DNA of 64,000 nucleotides from an uncultured Pelagibacteraceae bacterium. Lineage in GTDB: Bacteria > Pseudomonadota > Alphaproteobacteria > Pelagibacterales > Pelagibacteraceae. Below the pieces are notes generated by a model that did not search any database, had not been told where the DNA came from, and worked only from the letters and a program-made list of their open reading frames with translations. Numbering within the stretch: the first letter of the stretch is position 1; every line of letters starts with the position of its first letter. Of the stretch, positions 29,067 to 41,529 are shown piece after piece. The stretch is taken from the NCBI GenBank assembly GCA_902535275.1, contig CACASS010000001.1:316-64315 (forward strand), written 5' to 3'. The position numbers were made by a program, and so were the translations under genes.

Positions 29067-31109
29067 ATGAGTAATTTTGAATATTTATTGTCACCTATTA
29101 ACAAAATTAAAGGTGTTGGTAAAAAAACATTAAGTTCATTCAACAAAAAAAAAATTTTTACAATTTTTGACCTGTTATGGCATTTACCTATATCAAAAAT
29201 TGAAACCGCTGAAGATACTGAAATTAATAATTTACAAGTAGGAAGAAATTACAACATAAAAGTAATACCAATTAAATATAATTTTCCACGAATTAGAAAT
29301 TTACCGAATAGAGTAATATGTGAAAAAAATGGAGTAAGATTAGACTGTATTTTTTTTAATAGTTATGAAGGATATATCAAAAAATTATTACCTTTAAATG
29401 AAGAAATAATAATACATGGAAAAGCAAATAATTTTAGAAATAAATTTCAATTTGTGAATCCTTCAACAAAAAAGACAAATAATTTAAATATTACAAATGA
29501 AGATAATAAATATAGTCTTACTGATGGTTTAACATTAAATAAATATAATCAAGTAATAAATAGTGTTTTTCAAAATTTACCTGACTTAGAAGAATGGTTG
29601 CCAAAAGAAGTATCAAGTTTATTTGATAATTTATCATGGAAGGAATGTATAATCAAAATTCATAAGGAGGAAATTACAAAAATTAGAGATACAAAATATT
29701 TTAAGAGACTTGTCTTTGATGAGATATTTGCAAATTTTTTACTTTCATCTGATATTAGAAATAAGATTAAAAAAATAAAAAAAAAAAATAAAATATTAGA
29801 CTTACAATATCAAAATCAAATAATTAGAAATTTAAAATTTAAACTCACAAATGATCAAATAACTTCATTAAAAAATATAAATAAAGATATGGAGTCAAAA
29901 CAAAAAATGTTTAGATTATTACAGGGAGATGTGGGATCTGGAAAAACGATAGTGTCTGTAATAGCGGCATTAAATGCAATAAAAGCTGGTTATCAAGTGG
30001 CAGTAATGGCACCAACTGAAATATTAGCTATTCAACATTATAAATTTATATTAGAAAATTTTAATACCTTTTGTAATCCTGAAATATTAACCGGTAAAAC
30101 TGAGTATAAAAAAAGAAAAAATATTTTAAATAATCTCTTAAATAATAAAATTGATGTTTTAATTGGTACGCATTCTCTTTTTCAAGAAAAAATTACTTAC
30201 TATAATTTAGGTTTAATTATTATTGATGAACAACATAAATTTGGTGTTAATCAAAGAAAAAAATTGTCAGATAAAGGCGGTAAAGATTGCGATGTACTTG
30301 TTATGTCGGCAACCCCTATTCCAAGAACAATGATGATGACTATTTATGGAGATATGGATATTTCTCTAATAAAATCTAAACCAAAAAGTAGAAAACCAAT
30401 TAAAACATACAGTAAAGATGAAAAAAAAATTAATGAAGTTATTAATTTTATAAAAAGTGAAATTTCAAAAAAAAATCAAGTATTTTGGGTTTGTCCTCTT
30501 ATCAAAGAATCAAAAAAGATTGACCATCAATCTGCTACAGAAAAATATAATTATTTAAGCAAAATTTTTAAAGACAGAGTTGATATTATTCATGGAGCAA
30601 TGAGTAAAGAAGAAAAAGATAAAGTATTAAACAAGTTTAATGACAGAAAAATAGATATATTGGTTTCAACTACAGTTATAGAAGTTGGTATCGATTTTCC
30701 AAATGCTAATGTAATTGTCATTGAAAATTCAAATAAATATGGTTTATCTCAGCTACATCAATTGAGAGGACGGGTTGGCAGGGGTAATAAAGAGTCGTCA
30801 TGTATACTTATGTTTAAAGCAGGACTGAGTGAAAATGCTCGTAAAAGAATAACGATTCTAAAAAATTCCAATGATGGTTTTAAAATTGCTGAGGAAGACT
30901 TAAAAATTAGAGGATACGGTGATATTTTAGGATTTAAACAAAGTGGTTTAAAAAAATACAATCTAGCGGATCCTATTCAACATAAAGATCTTTTCGATAT
31001 TGCAGAAAAAGAGGTTAAAAAAATTGAAAAAAATAACATTAAAATAAATAACTTTAATAAGCTCATCAAACTTTACGACAAAGTTGCTATAATTAATGAG
31101 ACTATTTAG
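29067..31109 (+). CDS. recG: ATP-dependent DNA helicase RecG
   Basis: QGDVGSGKT, DEQH, SATPIPR, QLRGRVGR. Confidence 0.96.
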   Translation: MSNFEYLLSPINKIKGVGKKTLSSFNKKKIFTIFDLLWHLPISKIETAEDTEINNLQVGRNYNIKVIPIKYNFPRIRNLPNRVICEKNGVRLDCIFFNSYEGYIKKLLPLNEEIIIHGKANNFRNKFQFVNPSTKKTNNLNITNEDNKYSLTDGLTLNKYNQVINSVFQNLPDLEEWLPKEVSSLFDNLSWKECIIKIHKEEITKIRDTKYFKRLVFDEIFANFLLSSDIRNKIKKIKKKNKILDLQYQNQIIRNLKFKLTNDQITSLKNINKDMESKQKMFRLLQGDVGSGKTIVSVIAALNAIKAGYQVAVMAPTEILAIQHYKFILENFNTFCNPEILTGKTEYKKRKNILNNLLNNKIDVLIGTHSLFQEKITYYNLGLIIIDEQHKFGVNQRKKLSDKGGKDCDVLVMSATPIPRTMMMTIYGDMDISLIKSKPKSRKPIKTYSKDEKKINEVINFIKSEISKKNQVFWVCPLIKESKKIDHQSATEKYNYLSKIFKDRVDIIHGAMSKEEKDKVLNKFNDRKIDILVSTTVIEVGIDFPNANVIVIENSNKYGLSQLHQLRGRVGRGNKESSCILMFKAGLSENARKRITILKNSNDGFKIAEEDLKIRGYGDILGFKQSGLKKYNLADPIQHKDLFDIAEKEVKKIEKNNIKINNFNKLIKLYDKVAIINETI

Positions 31110-31725
31110 TTTTAGTATCAGATGTCCCAGCTGAGACAATAAATTTTGATGCCTCCTCAAATGTCATATCTAAATATACAATCTCACTTTTAGGAAACAT
31201 TAATAGAAAACCACTAGTTGGGTTTGGTGTCGTGGGAACAAAGACATTTACTAATTCTGTATTAGTTTTTTTGGAAATTTCACCTTTATTTTCTTTTGTA
31301 GCAAAACCAACTGCCCATGTTCCTTTTCTCGGATACTGAATTAGAACTACACTTTTTTTTGATCCCTTTTTAGGAGCAAATGTCTCTGTCATTTGCCCAA
31401 TAGCAGAATATATGGTTCTTAAAATTGGAATTTTTTTCAATAAATCATTGAACAACTGTAAAAACTTTTTACCAATAAAAGAGAGTGACAAGCCTCCTAC
31501 AAGAGTAATAAAAATTACCGAAAGTAAGATTTCTAAACCTGGTATTGCAAAAGGTAAATAACTATTAGGATTTATTCCTTGTGGAATTAATTTTGACGAA
31601 ATTGATATAAAAAATGTTGTTAGATATAATGTAATTCCAATGGGAACTAAAACAACAATTCCTGTTATAAAATAGTTTCTTAGTCTTGCTATAAATGAAA
31701 TTCTTTTTCTTCTTAGTTTTGACAT
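31102..31725 (-). CDS. DUF502 membrane protein
   Basis: VFVPTTPNPTSGFL motif; start at ATG 31725. Confidence 0.88.
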   Translation of the reverse strand: MSKLRRKRISFIARLRNYFITGIVVLVPIGITLYLTTFFISISSKLIPQGINPNSYLPFAIPGLEILLSVIFITLVGGLSLSFIGKKFLQLFNDLLKKIPILRTIYSAIGQMTETFAPKKGSKKSVVLIQYPRKGTWAVGFATKENKGEISKKTNTELVNVFVPTTPNPTSGFLLMFPKSEIVYLDMTFEEASKFIVSAGTSDTKTK

Positions 31726-31771
31726 AACTTTAATTGATAATAAATTACATGTAATATAAATATAAAGAAAA

Positions 31772-32593
31772 GTGAATAGAAGAAATTTTATATATTTAAT
31801 GGGTTGTGGCTGTCTTTCTGCTGGTTTGCACGCATGTACCACTGCTCCAATCACAGATAGAAGACAATTAAAACTAATTCCAGAATCAAAATTAAATGCA
31901 CAAGCAGCTCAATTATATGAAAAAGTAAAAAAACAAGCTAAATTAAGTAATGATAAAGAAAGTCTGGATAAAATTATTGGAATTGGATCAAAAATAGAAA
32001 CATCGATATCCGAGTATTTTTATAAGAATAATATGGATGACCCAACCGTGAACTTTTCATGGGAGTATATTTTAATTGATAATAAAAAAGTTAAAAATGC
32101 CTGGTGTATGCCTGGAGGAAAAATTGCTGTTTACACTGGTATGTTAGATATTACTAAAAACGAAGATGGTCTGGCAGCAGTAATGGGTCATGAAATTGCT
32201 CACGCTGTTGCAAAACATTCTGTTGAAAGAGCAAGCAGAACGGTACTGTTAAATACAACAACTGGAATAATAGATATTGCCACTGGAGGAAAGTTATCTC
32301 AAGTTAATAGAACAACAGGTATGAATACAGTTGGCTTGTTATCACAAATTGGAATAATGAACCCTTTTACAAGAAAACAAGAGAGCGAAGCTGACTATTT
32401 AGGATTAATTTTTTCGTCTTTATCAGGTTACGATATTAGAGAAACTACTAAAATATGGGAAAGAATGAAGAAAGCAAATAAAGGGAAAGAACCACCTGAG
32501 TTTATGAGTACACATCCATCAAATGACAGAAGAATTGACCAAATTAATAATTGGATGAACGAAATTATTTTAAAGTATCCACCTATTGCATGA
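31772..32593 (+). CDS. M48 family metallopeptidase (lipoprotein, Tat-like RR signal)
   Basis: NAWCMPGG, HEIAH, ESEAD, STHPS; N-terminus MNRRNF...HAC. Confidence 0.92.
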   Translation: MNRRNFIYLMGCGCLSAGLHACTTAPITDRRQLKLIPESKLNAQAAQLYEKVKKQAKLSNDKESLDKIIGIGSKIETSISEYFYKNNMDDPTVNFSWEYILIDNKKVKNAWCMPGGKIAVYTGMLDITKNEDGLAAVMGHEIAHAVAKHSVERASRTVLLNTTTGIIDIATGGKLSQVNRTTGMNTVGLLSQIGIMNPFTRKQESEADYLGLIFSSLSGYDIRETTKIWERMKKANKGKEPPEFMSTHPSNDRRIDQINNWMNEIILKYPPIA

Positions 32594-32598
32594 TGTAT

Positions 32599-32674
<76 letters not shown>

Positions 32675-32724
32675 AACACGGAAATTCTTATATTGATTTT
32701 TTGATATTTGGCAATGGTTAAAAT

Positions 32725-33843
32725 TTACAAAATATTAATATACTTGTCATGAAATTCTTCAAAAGTTCCCATTTTGATATTTTTTCGAATTTCATACATA
32801 AGTTCTTGATAAAAGTTTATATTATTTAATGTTAAGATCATTGAGGCTAACATCTCATTGGTATTATGAAGGTGGTTTAAATAATTTTTAGAGTATTTGT
32901 TTAAGTCAAATTTAGTAACATTACTATCTAGAGGTGTATTATCTAATTTATTTTCTGAATTTCTGATTTGGACTCTGCCATTCCAGGTAAAAGCTAATCC
33001 AGTTCTGCCAGATCTTGTTGGAAGGACACAATCAAACATATCTATACCCCTTTTAACAGCACCTAATATATCAGATGGTGTTCCCACACCCATTAGATAT
33101 CTTGGTTTATCAATTGGTAAATTGTCTTTTATACCATCTAATACATCAAACATTTCTTGTTGAGTTTCTCCAACTGCTAGTCCACCAATTGCATATCCAT
33201 CAAATTCTATTTTAATTAAATTATCAAGTGACTCATTTCTTAAATCTTTAAATAAACCACCTTGAACAATACCAAACAATGCTTTTTGCGGATTTGTTCC
33301 AAATTCTTCCTTAGATCTCCTAGCCCACTCAATAGATAAATCCATGGAGGTTTTAATTACATTATAATCATTAGTATTTTTTGGACACTCATCCATTACC
33401 ATAACAATGTCTGAATTAAGTTTTTTTTGAATTTTAATACTTTCCTCAGGACTTAAAATAAAAGTTTTTCCATCTATGTGTGACTGAAAGATTGCTCCTT
33501 TATCTCTATCAATTTTATTGAATTTCGATAAAGACATTACTTGATAACCCCCAGAGTCAGTCAGAATAGGAAGTTTGCAATTCATAAATTTATGTAACCC
33601 ACCAACTGCTTCGATCCTCTCGGTTCCAGGTCTAATCATTAAATGATATGTATTTGAGAGAATTATTTCACTTCCTGTTTTAATAATATCATCAATAAAA
33701 ACTCCTTTAACTGTTGCCTGCGTACCAACAGGCATAAATGCAGGAGTATTTATTTCTCCACGATGTGTTTGAATCAATCCAACACGATAATTTTTATTTT
33801 GATGTTTTACGCTAAAAGAAAAATTCTTTTTTAAGTCTTCCAT
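32725..33843 (-). CDS. tgt: tRNA-guanine(34) transglycosylase
   Basis: TPAFMPVGT, TDSGGYQ, MDEC, GGLAVGE, DMFDCV. Confidence 0.96.
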   Translation of the reverse strand: MEDLKKNFSFSVKHQNKNYRVGLIQTHRGEINTPAFMPVGTQATVKGVFIDDIIKTGSEIILSNTYHLMIRPGTERIEAVGGLHKFMNCKLPILTDSGGYQVMSLSKFNKIDRDKGAIFQSHIDGKTFILSPEESIKIQKKLNSDIVMVMDECPKNTNDYNVIKTSMDLSIEWARRSKEEFGTNPQKALFGIVQGGLFKDLRNESLDNLIKIEFDGYAIGGLAVGETQQEMFDVLDGIKDNLPIDKPRYLMGVGTPSDILGAVKRGIDMFDCVLPTRSGRTGLAFTWNGRVQIRNSENKLDNTPLDSNVTKFDLNKYSKNYLNHLHNTNEMLASMILTLNNINFYQELMYEIRKNIKMGTFEEFHDKYINIL

Positions 33844-33852
33844 TCATTAATT

Positions 33853-34410
33853 CTACTCAGACTTAAAGCTAATTATTTTATCTGGGTTAGAAACAGATCC
33901 ATTGGGTCCATCACCTTTGGTTATCATGTCAACAAACTCCATACCTTCAATTACTTTTCCAAATACTGTATATTGCCTATCAAGATGTGGTGTAGGGCCA
34001 AAACAAATGAAGAACTGACTGTTTGCACTATTTGGATCTGAGGATCTTGCCATAGATAATGTCCCTCTTTCGTGTGGCAAATCATTAAACTCTTCTTTTA
34101 GATCAGGCATATCAGAACCTCCCATGCCAGCTCTACTTAGATTAAATTTATCAGAGGAGGAATTTCCAAATTGGACATCTCCTGTTTGCGCCATAAAGCC
34201 ATCTATTACTCTATGAAACACAACTCCATCATATTTTCCACTATTAGCTAGCTCTGTTATTCTTTTAACATGATTTGGTGCCGTGTCTGGAAATAATTCA
34301 ATTTTTACATCTCCATCTTTTAATTTAAGTATCATTGTATTCTCCTTTGCATTTAAAGCTGTTGTTAATAAAAATATTGATAAAAATAAAATATTAATTT
34401 TTTTAAGCAT
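33853..34410 (-). CDS. cyclophilin-type peptidyl-prolyl isomerase
   Basis: FHRVIDGFMAQTGD, SANSQFFI, YTVFGKV. Confidence 0.95.
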   Translation of the reverse strand: MLKKINILFLSIFLLTTALNAKENTMILKLKDGDVKIELFPDTAPNHVKRITELANSGKYDGVVFHRVIDGFMAQTGDVQFGNSSSDKFNLSRAGMGGSDMPDLKEEFNDLPHERGTLSMARSSDPNSANSQFFICFGPTPHLDRQYTVFGKVIEGMEFVDMITKGDGPNGSVSNPDKIISFKSE

Positions 34411-34897
34411 AGATCTCTTTTAATGACTTAATAGTACTTTTAGTGGTAAATTTATTTAAATCGCCATTGTGTTGAGCTATTTCTTTAACAAATCTTGATG
34501 ATATTATTTGATTTTCAACATCTGACATAAGAAAAACAGTTTCTACTTTATTATTTAGTTTTCTATTCATGCCAGCTAGTTGGAATTCATATTCAAAATC
34601 TGAAACAGCTCTCAAACCTCTAAGAATTAAATTTGAATTGTATTTTTTACATAATTCAGTTGTGAGAGAATTAAATTTAATCACTAGAATTTTACTTTTT
34701 GAAAGTTTTAAATCTTTATATAAAGCTTTTTTGACAATTTTAAATCTTTCATCTATTGGAAATAGAAAATTTTTTTCATTTCCATCTGATATACCAACAA
34801 TTATTTTATCAAATAATTTTAGAGCTTTTTTTATTACATCTATGTGGCCATTTGTTATTGGATCAAATGTTCCTGGATATATCGCAATATTTTTCAT
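34403..34897 (-). CDS. coaD: phosphopantetheine adenylyltransferase
   Basis: YPGTFDPITNGH, RGLRAVSDFEYE. Confidence 0.97.
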   Translation of the reverse strand: MKNIAIYPGTFDPITNGHIDVIKKALKLFDKIIVGISDGNEKNFLFPIDERFKIVKKALYKDLKLSKSKILVIKFNSLTTELCKKYNSNLILRGLRAVSDFEYEFQLAGMNRKLNNKVETVFLMSDVENQIISSRFVKEIAQHNGDLNKFTTKSTIKSLKEIYA

Positions 34898-37479
34898 TAA
34901 ACTAAGTTATCATCTAATTTGATTGAGGAAACAACCTTTTCATCACCGGTTAATTTAATAATTCTTACTCCTTGTGTATTTCTTCCTGCAATTCTTATTT
35001 CCTTCACTGCAGTTCTTATGACTCTGCCTTTGTTAGTAGAAATTAATATTTGATCACCTTCAAATACAGGAAAAGAAGATGAAACATTTCCATTTCTTGG
35101 AGAATTAACTATACCTATTATTCCTTTACCTCCTCGATTTGTTACTCTAAAATCGTAATGGGATGTTCTTTTTCCATAGCCATTTTCTGTAATTGATAAT
35201 ATAAATTTTTCTTTAGCCTTAACTTCTAATTTTTCATCCTTAGTTTTACTTTTACTTTTTTTAATATCGTCTTTATCTATTATAGATAATGAGACAATTG
35301 TATCTTTTTCTGAAAGATTAATACCTCTTATACCTTTAGAAGATCTTCCTTTAAATACTCTCAATTTTTTCGATTCAAATCTTATACATTTACCAAATTT
35401 TGTATTTAGCATTATATCTTGATCATCAGTGCATATCTTTACCCCAATAATTTTATCATCAGAGTCGAGTTTCATTGCAATTTTACCTGATGAATTAATA
35501 GATGAAAAATCGTCTAGATTATTCTTTCTAATTTTTCCCTTGCTTGTAGCAAAAATAATATGCATGTTTTTCTTGTCAACATCTTCGTCTGGGAAAGGCA
35601 TAATTGAACTAATAGACTGATGGTTTTTAAGAGGTAAAATATTGAAGAGTGATTTACCTTTAGATGAAGCTGAACCCTCAGGTATTTTCCAGGCTTTAAC
35701 TTTGTAGGCTAAACCCTCTGTTGAAAAAAATAACAATGAAGTATGTGTGTCGACAGATAATGTTTGAACAACTGAGTCTTCTTCACGCGTTTTAATTCCA
35801 GTTTTTCCTTTTCCACCTCTTTTTTGTTGCTTAACTCCACTTAAAGCACCTCTCTTTATATATCCTTGAAGAGTTATTGTTATAATTACTGACTCTTTTT
35901 GAATGGTCTCTTCAATATCATAGTTTAAAACAGCATCTATAATTTTTGTTCTTCTAGGAACCGAAAATTTGTCTTTTATCATCTGCAAATCATTGCTTAT
36001 TACCCTTAACAATTCATTTTTAGAATTTATTATCTTTTTATACTTGGAAATCTCCTCTGCTAATTTTTTAATTTCTATCTCTATTTCGTTTATTCCTATG
36101 GCAGTTAATTTTTGAAGTCTTAGTTCCAATATAGAGATTACTTGATCATTAGATAATACATATTTTCCTTTATAATTTTTACTATCAACTAATTTAATAA
36201 GTTTTGATGCCTTGTTTATTTTCCAAGTTGTTTTTAAAAGAGAATTTTTTGCTTCTTCGGGGTTTTTAGATGATCTAATTATTTTAATAACCTTATCAAT
36301 ATTTTCAACACTAACAGATAGTCCTAATAAAATATGAACTCTCTCTTCAGCTTTTTTAAGATCAAATTTAGTTCTTTTTATAACTACATCTTCTCTAAAC
36401 TTTAAAAAGTTTTCTAAAAAATCTTTTAAATTACAAGTCTTTGGTTTTTGATCAACAATTGCTAAAGAATTAAACCCAAATGATGATTCTATTGATGTAT
36501 ATTTGTATAATTGTCTTTTGACAGTTTCAGGCTCAACATTTCTTCTTAAATCGATTGAAACTCTTATTCCCTCACTATTGGATTCATCTCTTATATCACT
36601 TATACCCTCAATTTTTTTATCTCTTACTAGTTCTGCAATTCTCTCATTCAAGTTAGACTTATTAATTTGGTAAGGTATGGATGAAACTACAAGTCTATCT
36701 TTGCCATTTTTTAAATTTTCTACTGAAATTTCTCCACGAATTTTAAATGACCCTCTTCCAGTTTTGTAGCCTTGTTTAATTATATCTTTACCAATTATTA
36801 ATCCTCCCGTTGGAAAATCTGGACCTGGGATATGTTTCATTAGCTCATTAATTTTAATATCTTTGTTTTTAATTAAGGCTAAAGTGCCATCTACAACCTC
36901 GCCCAAATTATGAGGCGGAATACTTGTCGCCATTCCAACAGCAATTCCACCTGCACCATTAACTAAAAGATTTGGATATTGAGCAGGTAATACAATGGGT
37001 TCTTGCTCTGTTTCATCATAATTACTTTTAAAAGATACTGTGTTTTTTTCTATATCATCAATTAAAAACTGTGAAACTTTTGCAAGTTTAGTTTCAGTGT
37101 ATCTCATTGCCGCTGGTGGATCTCCATCAATAGAACCAAAATTACCCTGACCATCTACTAAAGGTAAGCTCATCGAAAATTCTTGAACCATTCTAACTAA
37201 AGCATCATAAACAGCTTGATCTCCATGTGGATGATATTTACCAATAACATCTCCAACAATTCTTGCAGATTTTCTAAATTGTTTTGACCAATCAAAACCA
37301 CCTTTATGCATGGCATAAATAATTCTTCTATGAACAGGTTTTAATCCATCTCTAATATCAGGCAATGCCCTACTTACTATAACGCTCATAGCGTAGGACA
37401 AATATGAAGAACTCATCTCATCATACATTGAGATTGGTTTAATATTATTATTTATTTTTGGAATTTCGTTTTTTTCCAT
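34897..37479 (-). CDS. gyrA: DNA gyrase subunit A
   Basis: YHPHGD, AAMRYTE, GyrA box QKRGGKG. Confidence 0.97.
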   Translation of the reverse strand: MEKNEIPKINNNIKPISMYDEMSSSYLSYAMSVIVSRALPDIRDGLKPVHRRIIYAMHKGGFDWSKQFRKSARIVGDVIGKYHPHGDQAVYDALVRMVQEFSMSLPLVDGQGNFGSIDGDPPAAMRYTETKLAKVSQFLIDDIEKNTVSFKSNYDETEQEPIVLPAQYPNLLVNGAGGIAVGMATSIPPHNLGEVVDGTLALIKNKDIKINELMKHIPGPDFPTGGLIIGKDIIKQGYKTGRGSFKIRGEISVENLKNGKDRLVVSSIPYQINKSNLNERIAELVRDKKIEGISDIRDESNSEGIRVSIDLRRNVEPETVKRQLYKYTSIESSFGFNSLAIVDQKPKTCNLKDFLENFLKFREDVVIKRTKFDLKKAEERVHILLGLSVSVENIDKVIKIIRSSKNPEEAKNSLLKTTWKINKASKLIKLVDSKNYKGKYVLSNDQVISILELRLQKLTAIGINEIEIEIKKLAEEISKYKKIINSKNELLRVISNDLQMIKDKFSVPRRTKIIDAVLNYDIEETIQKESVIITITLQGYIKRGALSGVKQQKRGGKGKTGIKTREEDSVVQTLSVDTHTSLLFFSTEGLAYKVKAWKIPEGSASSKGKSLFNILPLKNHQSISSIMPFPDEDVDKKNMHIIFATSKGKIRKNNLDDFSSINSSGKIAMKLDSDDKIIGVKICTDDQDIMLNTKFGKCIRFESKKLRVFKGRSSKGIRGINLSEKDTIVSLSIIDKDDIKKSKSKTKDEKLEVKAKEKFILSITENGYGKRTSHYDFRVTNRGGKGIIGIVNSPRNGNVSSSFPVFEGDQILISTNKGRVIRTAVKEIRIAGRNTQGVRIIKLTGDEKVVSSIKLDDNLV

Positions 37480-37484
37480 ATTAA

Positions 37485-37934
37485 TTAAAATGGAATATCG
37501 TCGTCTAACCCACTTTGATCTGGTGCAGGCGCATCATCAAAATTTTGTTTATTATCTTGTGATGCAATATTATTTTGATTACCGCCTCCAAGCATTGTTA
37601 ATGATGAGTTATAACCTTGAATTAAAATTTCAGTTGAGTATTTGTCTTGACCACTTTGTTCATCTTTCCACTTTCTTGTTGAAAGTTGACCTTCAACGTA
37701 TACTTGTGCACCTTTTTTTAAATATTGCTGAACAACATTTACCAAACCTTCGTTAAAAACAACTATTCTATGCCATTCTGTCTTCTCTTTTTTTTCTCCA
37801 GTATTTTTATCTTTCCAGGACTGGCTTGTAGCTAGACTAAGTCTTGCAACACTTTTTCCATTTACCATTTGCTTGACTTCAGGGTCTGCGCCCAAACGAC
37901 CAATTAATAATACTTTATTTAAACTTCCAGCCAT
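37485..37934 (-). CDS. ssb: single-stranded DNA-binding protein
   Basis: OB fold, TEWHR, acidic C-terminal DDDIPF. Confidence 0.97.
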   Translation of the reverse strand: MAGSLNKVLLIGRLGADPEVKQMVNGKSVARLSLATSQSWKDKNTGEKKEKTEWHRIVVFNEGLVNVVQQYLKKGAQVYVEGQLSTRKWKDEQSGQDKYSTEILIQGYNSSLTMLGGGNQNNIASQDNKQNFDDAPAPDQSGLDDDIPF

Positions 37935-38015
37935 AATATTTTAATATTTAAGAATGTTTATTATATCACTTATTAACTTGAATATTAATATTATTAATTT
38001 AAAGCAACAAAAATT

Positions 38016-40892
38016 ATGCTTAAAAAGATAGTTATTAAGGGTGCAAAAGAGCACAATTTAAAGAATATAACACTAGAGATTCCAAAAGAAAAATTTGTAG
38101 TAATCACAGGTCTCTCTGGATCAGGAAAATCGTCTTTAGCGTTTGATACTGTTTATGCAGAAGGACAGAGACGTTACGTCGAAAGCTTATCAGCTTATGC
38201 AAGACAATTCCTAGATAAAATGAAAAAACCAAATGTAGATTTAATAGAAGGTTTAAGTCCAGCGATCTCAATTGAACAAAAAAACACATCAAAAAATCCA
38301 AGATCCACAGTTGCAACAGTTACAGAAATTTATGACTATATGAGAGTTCTTTATGCAAGAGCAGGTATTCCCTACTCTCCATTTACAGGGCTACCAATCA
38401 CTTCTCAAACAATAAGTCAAATTGTTGATAAAATTAAAACACTGCCAAAAAAATCAACAATTTTTTTATATGCACCAGTTGTTAGAGGAAGAAAAGGAGA
38501 ATATAGAAAAGACATACTTGGCTACAAGAAAAGAGGATTTAGAAAAATTAAAGTTGATAATAAACTTTATGATATTGATGACGTTCCAGAATTAAATAAA
38601 AAATTGAAACACGATATTGCAGTTCTTGTTGATAGAATTGTTTTAAATGCTTCATTAGGAAACAGGTTAGCTGAAAGTGTTGAAACAGCAGTTAACCTAG
38701 CAAATGGATTAATGTTTGTAGAATATGAAGATGAAACACTACCAAAAAAATTTAGAAAGACCGAAAATTTGATATTTTCAACTAAGTTTGCCTGTCCTGA
38801 AAGTGGTTTTACAATTGAAGAAATAGAACCAAGGCTTTTTTCTTTTAATAGCCCTTATGGTGCCTGTGAAGAATGTGAGGGTATTGGTGTGAAATTAAAT
38901 GTGGATCCAAAATTAGTTGTGCCCGATGAAAAGAAAACAATAGCTGATGGAGCTATTGAGCCTTGGTCAAAGTCTTCCTCTTTATACTATGCTCAAACTT
39001 TAGCATCAATTTCGAAACATTATGGTTTCTCATTAAATGATAGGTGGTCTAAATTACCAAAAAAAATTAAAGATGTAATTTTATTTGGATCTGACGAAGA
39101 AGAAATCAAATTTTCTTATGATGATGGATACGAAAAGTATTCACATAAAAAAACTTTCGAAGGAGTGGTAAATAATTTAGAAAGAAGATTTTTAGAAACA
39201 GATAGTGATTGGAAAAGAGAAGAAATATCTCAATATCAATCGGATACAAAATGTGAAAGATGTAATGGGCATAGACTTAAAGATGAGGCTCTTTGTGTTA
39301 AAATTAATGAACTTAATATTAGTGAAGTAACTGAAAAATCTATATTTGACGCAAAGGAATGGTTTAGATCACTTGAGACAAAATTAGATAAACGTCAACT
39401 TAAAATTGCTCAGCATATTTTAAAAGAAATTAACGAAAGATTGAATTTTCTCTTAAATGTCGGTCTTGACTACTTAACTTTATCAAGAGAATCTGGAACT
39501 TTATCAGGTGGCGAAGCTCAGCGAATAAGACTGGCTTCTCAGATAGGTTCTGGATTAACTGGAGTTTTATATGTTCTTGATGAACCATCTATTGGTTTAC
39601 ACCAAAAGGATAATGTTAAATTAATAAATGCATTAAAAAGACTTAGAGATTTAGGAAATACAGTCATAGTTGTAGAACATGATACTGAAACAATGGAAAA
39701 CGCAGATCATATAATCGATCTTGGTCCAGAAGCTGGAAACAAAGGTGGTGAAGTAATTGCCCAAGGATCTTATAAAGATATATTAAATAACAATGGTAGT
39801 ATTACTGGTAGATACTTATCAAACAAAAGTTTCATACCAATACCAAGAACTAGAAGATTAGCAAAAAATGGAAGGTTTTTAGAAATTAATGGAGCAAGTG
39901 GTAATAATTTAAACAATGTAAATCTTAAAATTCCACTTGGGAGTTTTACTTGTGTAACTGGTGTTTCTGGAAGCGGTAAATCAACATTAATACTTCAAAC
40001 ACTTTATAACGCTCTAAATCTTACACTTAATAATAACAAATCAAGAAAAATACCAAAACCTTTTAGAGGTTTTAAAGGTATTGAATTAGTAGATAAAATT
40101 ATTGATATAGATCAATCCCCTATTGGAAGAACTCCTAGATCTAATCCGGCTACTTATACGGGGGCATTTGGTCCAATAAGAGACTGGTTTACTAATTTGC
40201 CTGAGTCAAAAAGCAGAGGTTATAAACCTGGAAGATTTTCATTTAACGTCAAAGGAGGAAGATGTGAAGCTTGTGAAGGTGATGGAGTAATAACATATGA
40301 AATGCATTTTTTGCCTGATGTTTATATAACCTGCGATGAATGCAAAGGAACTAGATATAATAGGGAAACACTAGAAATAAAATTTAAAGACAAAAGCATT
40401 GCAGATGTTTTGAATATGACAGTTGATGAAGGTTGTGAATATTTTGAAAATATTTCTAATATAAAAACTAAATTGCTTACACTTAAAAAAGTTGGATTAG
40501 GATATATAAAAATTGGTCAACAAGCTACTACTCTATCAGGTGGTGAAGCTCAAAGAATTAAGTTAGCAAAAGAATTATCGAAAAGGTCAACTGGAAGAAC
40601 AATATATATATTAGACGAACCAACAACAGGACTACATCAACATGATATTAAAAAATTATTGGAAATTTTACACACATTTGTTGCAACTGGAAATACTGTC
40701 GTTGTTATTGAGCATAATTTAGATGTTATAAAAACTGCTGATTATATAGTCGATATGGGTCCAGATGGTGGTGTAAAAGGAGGAAATATAATAGCTGAAG
40801 GTAAGCCTGAGGAAATTATAAATGTTAAAGATAGTTATACAGGTAAATTTTTAAAACCAATGTTGGACAATAAGTTTAAAAAAACTGCTTAA
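38016..40892 (+). CDS. uvrA: excinuclease ABC subunit A
   Basis: Two ABC cassettes ([24 protein letters not shown]) and Zn fingers. Confidence 0.98.
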   Translation: MLKKIVIKGAKEHNLKNITLEIPKEKFVVITGLSGSGKSSLAFDTVYAEGQRRYVESLSAYARQFLDKMKKPNVDLIEGLSPAISIEQKNTSKNPRSTVATVTEIYDYMRVLYARAGIPYSPFTGLPITSQTISQIVDKIKTLPKKSTIFLYAPVVRGRKGEYRKDILGYKKRGFRKIKVDNKLYDIDDVPELNKKLKHDIAVLVDRIVLNASLGNRLAESVETAVNLANGLMFVEYEDETLPKKFRKTENLIFSTKFACPESGFTIEEIEPRLFSFNSPYGACEECEGIGVKLNVDPKLVVPDEKKTIADGAIEPWSKSSSLYYAQTLASISKHYGFSLNDRWSKLPKKIKDVILFGSDEEEIKFSYDDGYEKYSHKKTFEGVVNNLERRFLETDSDWKREEISQYQSDTKCERCNGHRLKDEALCVKINELNISEVTEKSIFDAKEWFRSLETKLDKRQLKIAQHILKEINERLNFLLNVGLDYLTLSRESGTLSGGEAQRIRLASQIGSGLTGVLYVLDEPSIGLHQKDNVKLINALKRLRDLGNTVIVVEHDTETMENADHIIDLGPEAGNKGGEVIAQGSYKDILNNNGSITGRYLSNKSFIPIPRTRRLAKNGRFLEINGASGNNLNNVNLKIPLGSFTCVTGVSGSGKSTLILQTLYNALNLTLNNNKSRKIPKPFRGFKGIELVDKIIDIDQSPIGRTPRSNPATYTGAFGPIRDWFTNLPESKSRGYKPGRFSFNVKGGRCEACEGDGVITYEMHFLPDVYITCDECKGTRYNRETLEIKFKDKSIADVLNMTVDEGCEYFENISNIKTKLLTLKKVGLGYIKIGQQATTLSGGEAQRIKLAKELSKRSTGRTIYILDEPTTGLHQHDIKKLLEILHTFVATGNTVVVIEHNLDVIKTADYIVDMGPDGGVKGGNIIAEGKPEEIINVKDSYTGKFLKPMLDNKFKKTA

Positions 40893-40926
40893 ATTTTGAC
40901 TAAAAATGTTATAAATTACAACTATT

Positions 40927-41529
40927 ATGTCTTCGATTCTTCAATCATTATCTAAAACAGTTCATATCTCTTTAGCATTATCCATTTTGCTATTTTTAGG
41001 TTTATACTTTGGAAATGGTGGTTTTGATATCGACGTAGTATTTTGGAGTTGGTTATTTAGATATATACATGTCATCGTTGCAATTATGTGGATCGGTTTA
41101 CTCTGGTATTTTAATTTCGTTCAAATACCAAACATGGCTAAAATACCTGATGAACAAAAACCAGCAATTGGAAAAGTTATAGCTCCAGCTGCTCTTTTTT
41201 GGTTTAGATGGGCAGCTTTAGTCACAGTAATATCAGGATTAATCTTAGCTTATTTAAACGGTTATGTTCATCAAGCTATGATATTAGGAATTGGATCAGG
41301 TGGTGGTAAGGCAACTGCCATAGGAATTGGTATGTGGTTAGGAATTATAATGGCATTTAATGTTTGGTTTGTAATATGGCCAAATCAGAAAAAAGCATTA
41401 GGTATTGTTGAGGTTGAAGCTGATGTTAAAGCTAAATCTGCAAAAACAGCGATGCTATTTTCTAGAACAAATACACTTCTATCGTTGCCAATGCTTCTGA
41501 CAATGGTAATCGCACAAAACCTTTATTAA
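40927..41529 (+). CDS. PuuD/DUF989-like membrane protein (urate oxidase N-terminal domain only)
   Basis: RYIHV...MWIGLLWYFNFVQ, LFWFRWAA, NVWFVIWPNQKK, SRTNTLLS. Confidence 0.75.
   Translation: MSSILQSLSKTVHISLALSILLFLGLYFGNGGFDIDVVFWSWLFRYIHVIVAIMWIGLLWYFNFVQIPNMAKIPDEQKPAIGKVIAPAALFWFRWAALVTVISGLILAYLNGYVHQAMILGIGSGGGKATAIGIGMWLGIIMAFNVWFVIWPNQKKALGIVEVEADVKAKSAKTAMLFSRTNTLLSLPMLLTMVIAQNLY

Noticed and set aside
37935-38015. LexA/SOS box between ssb and uvrA
   Set aside because: No GTTC-N7-GTTC or GAAC-N7-GAAC motif is present in the spacer.
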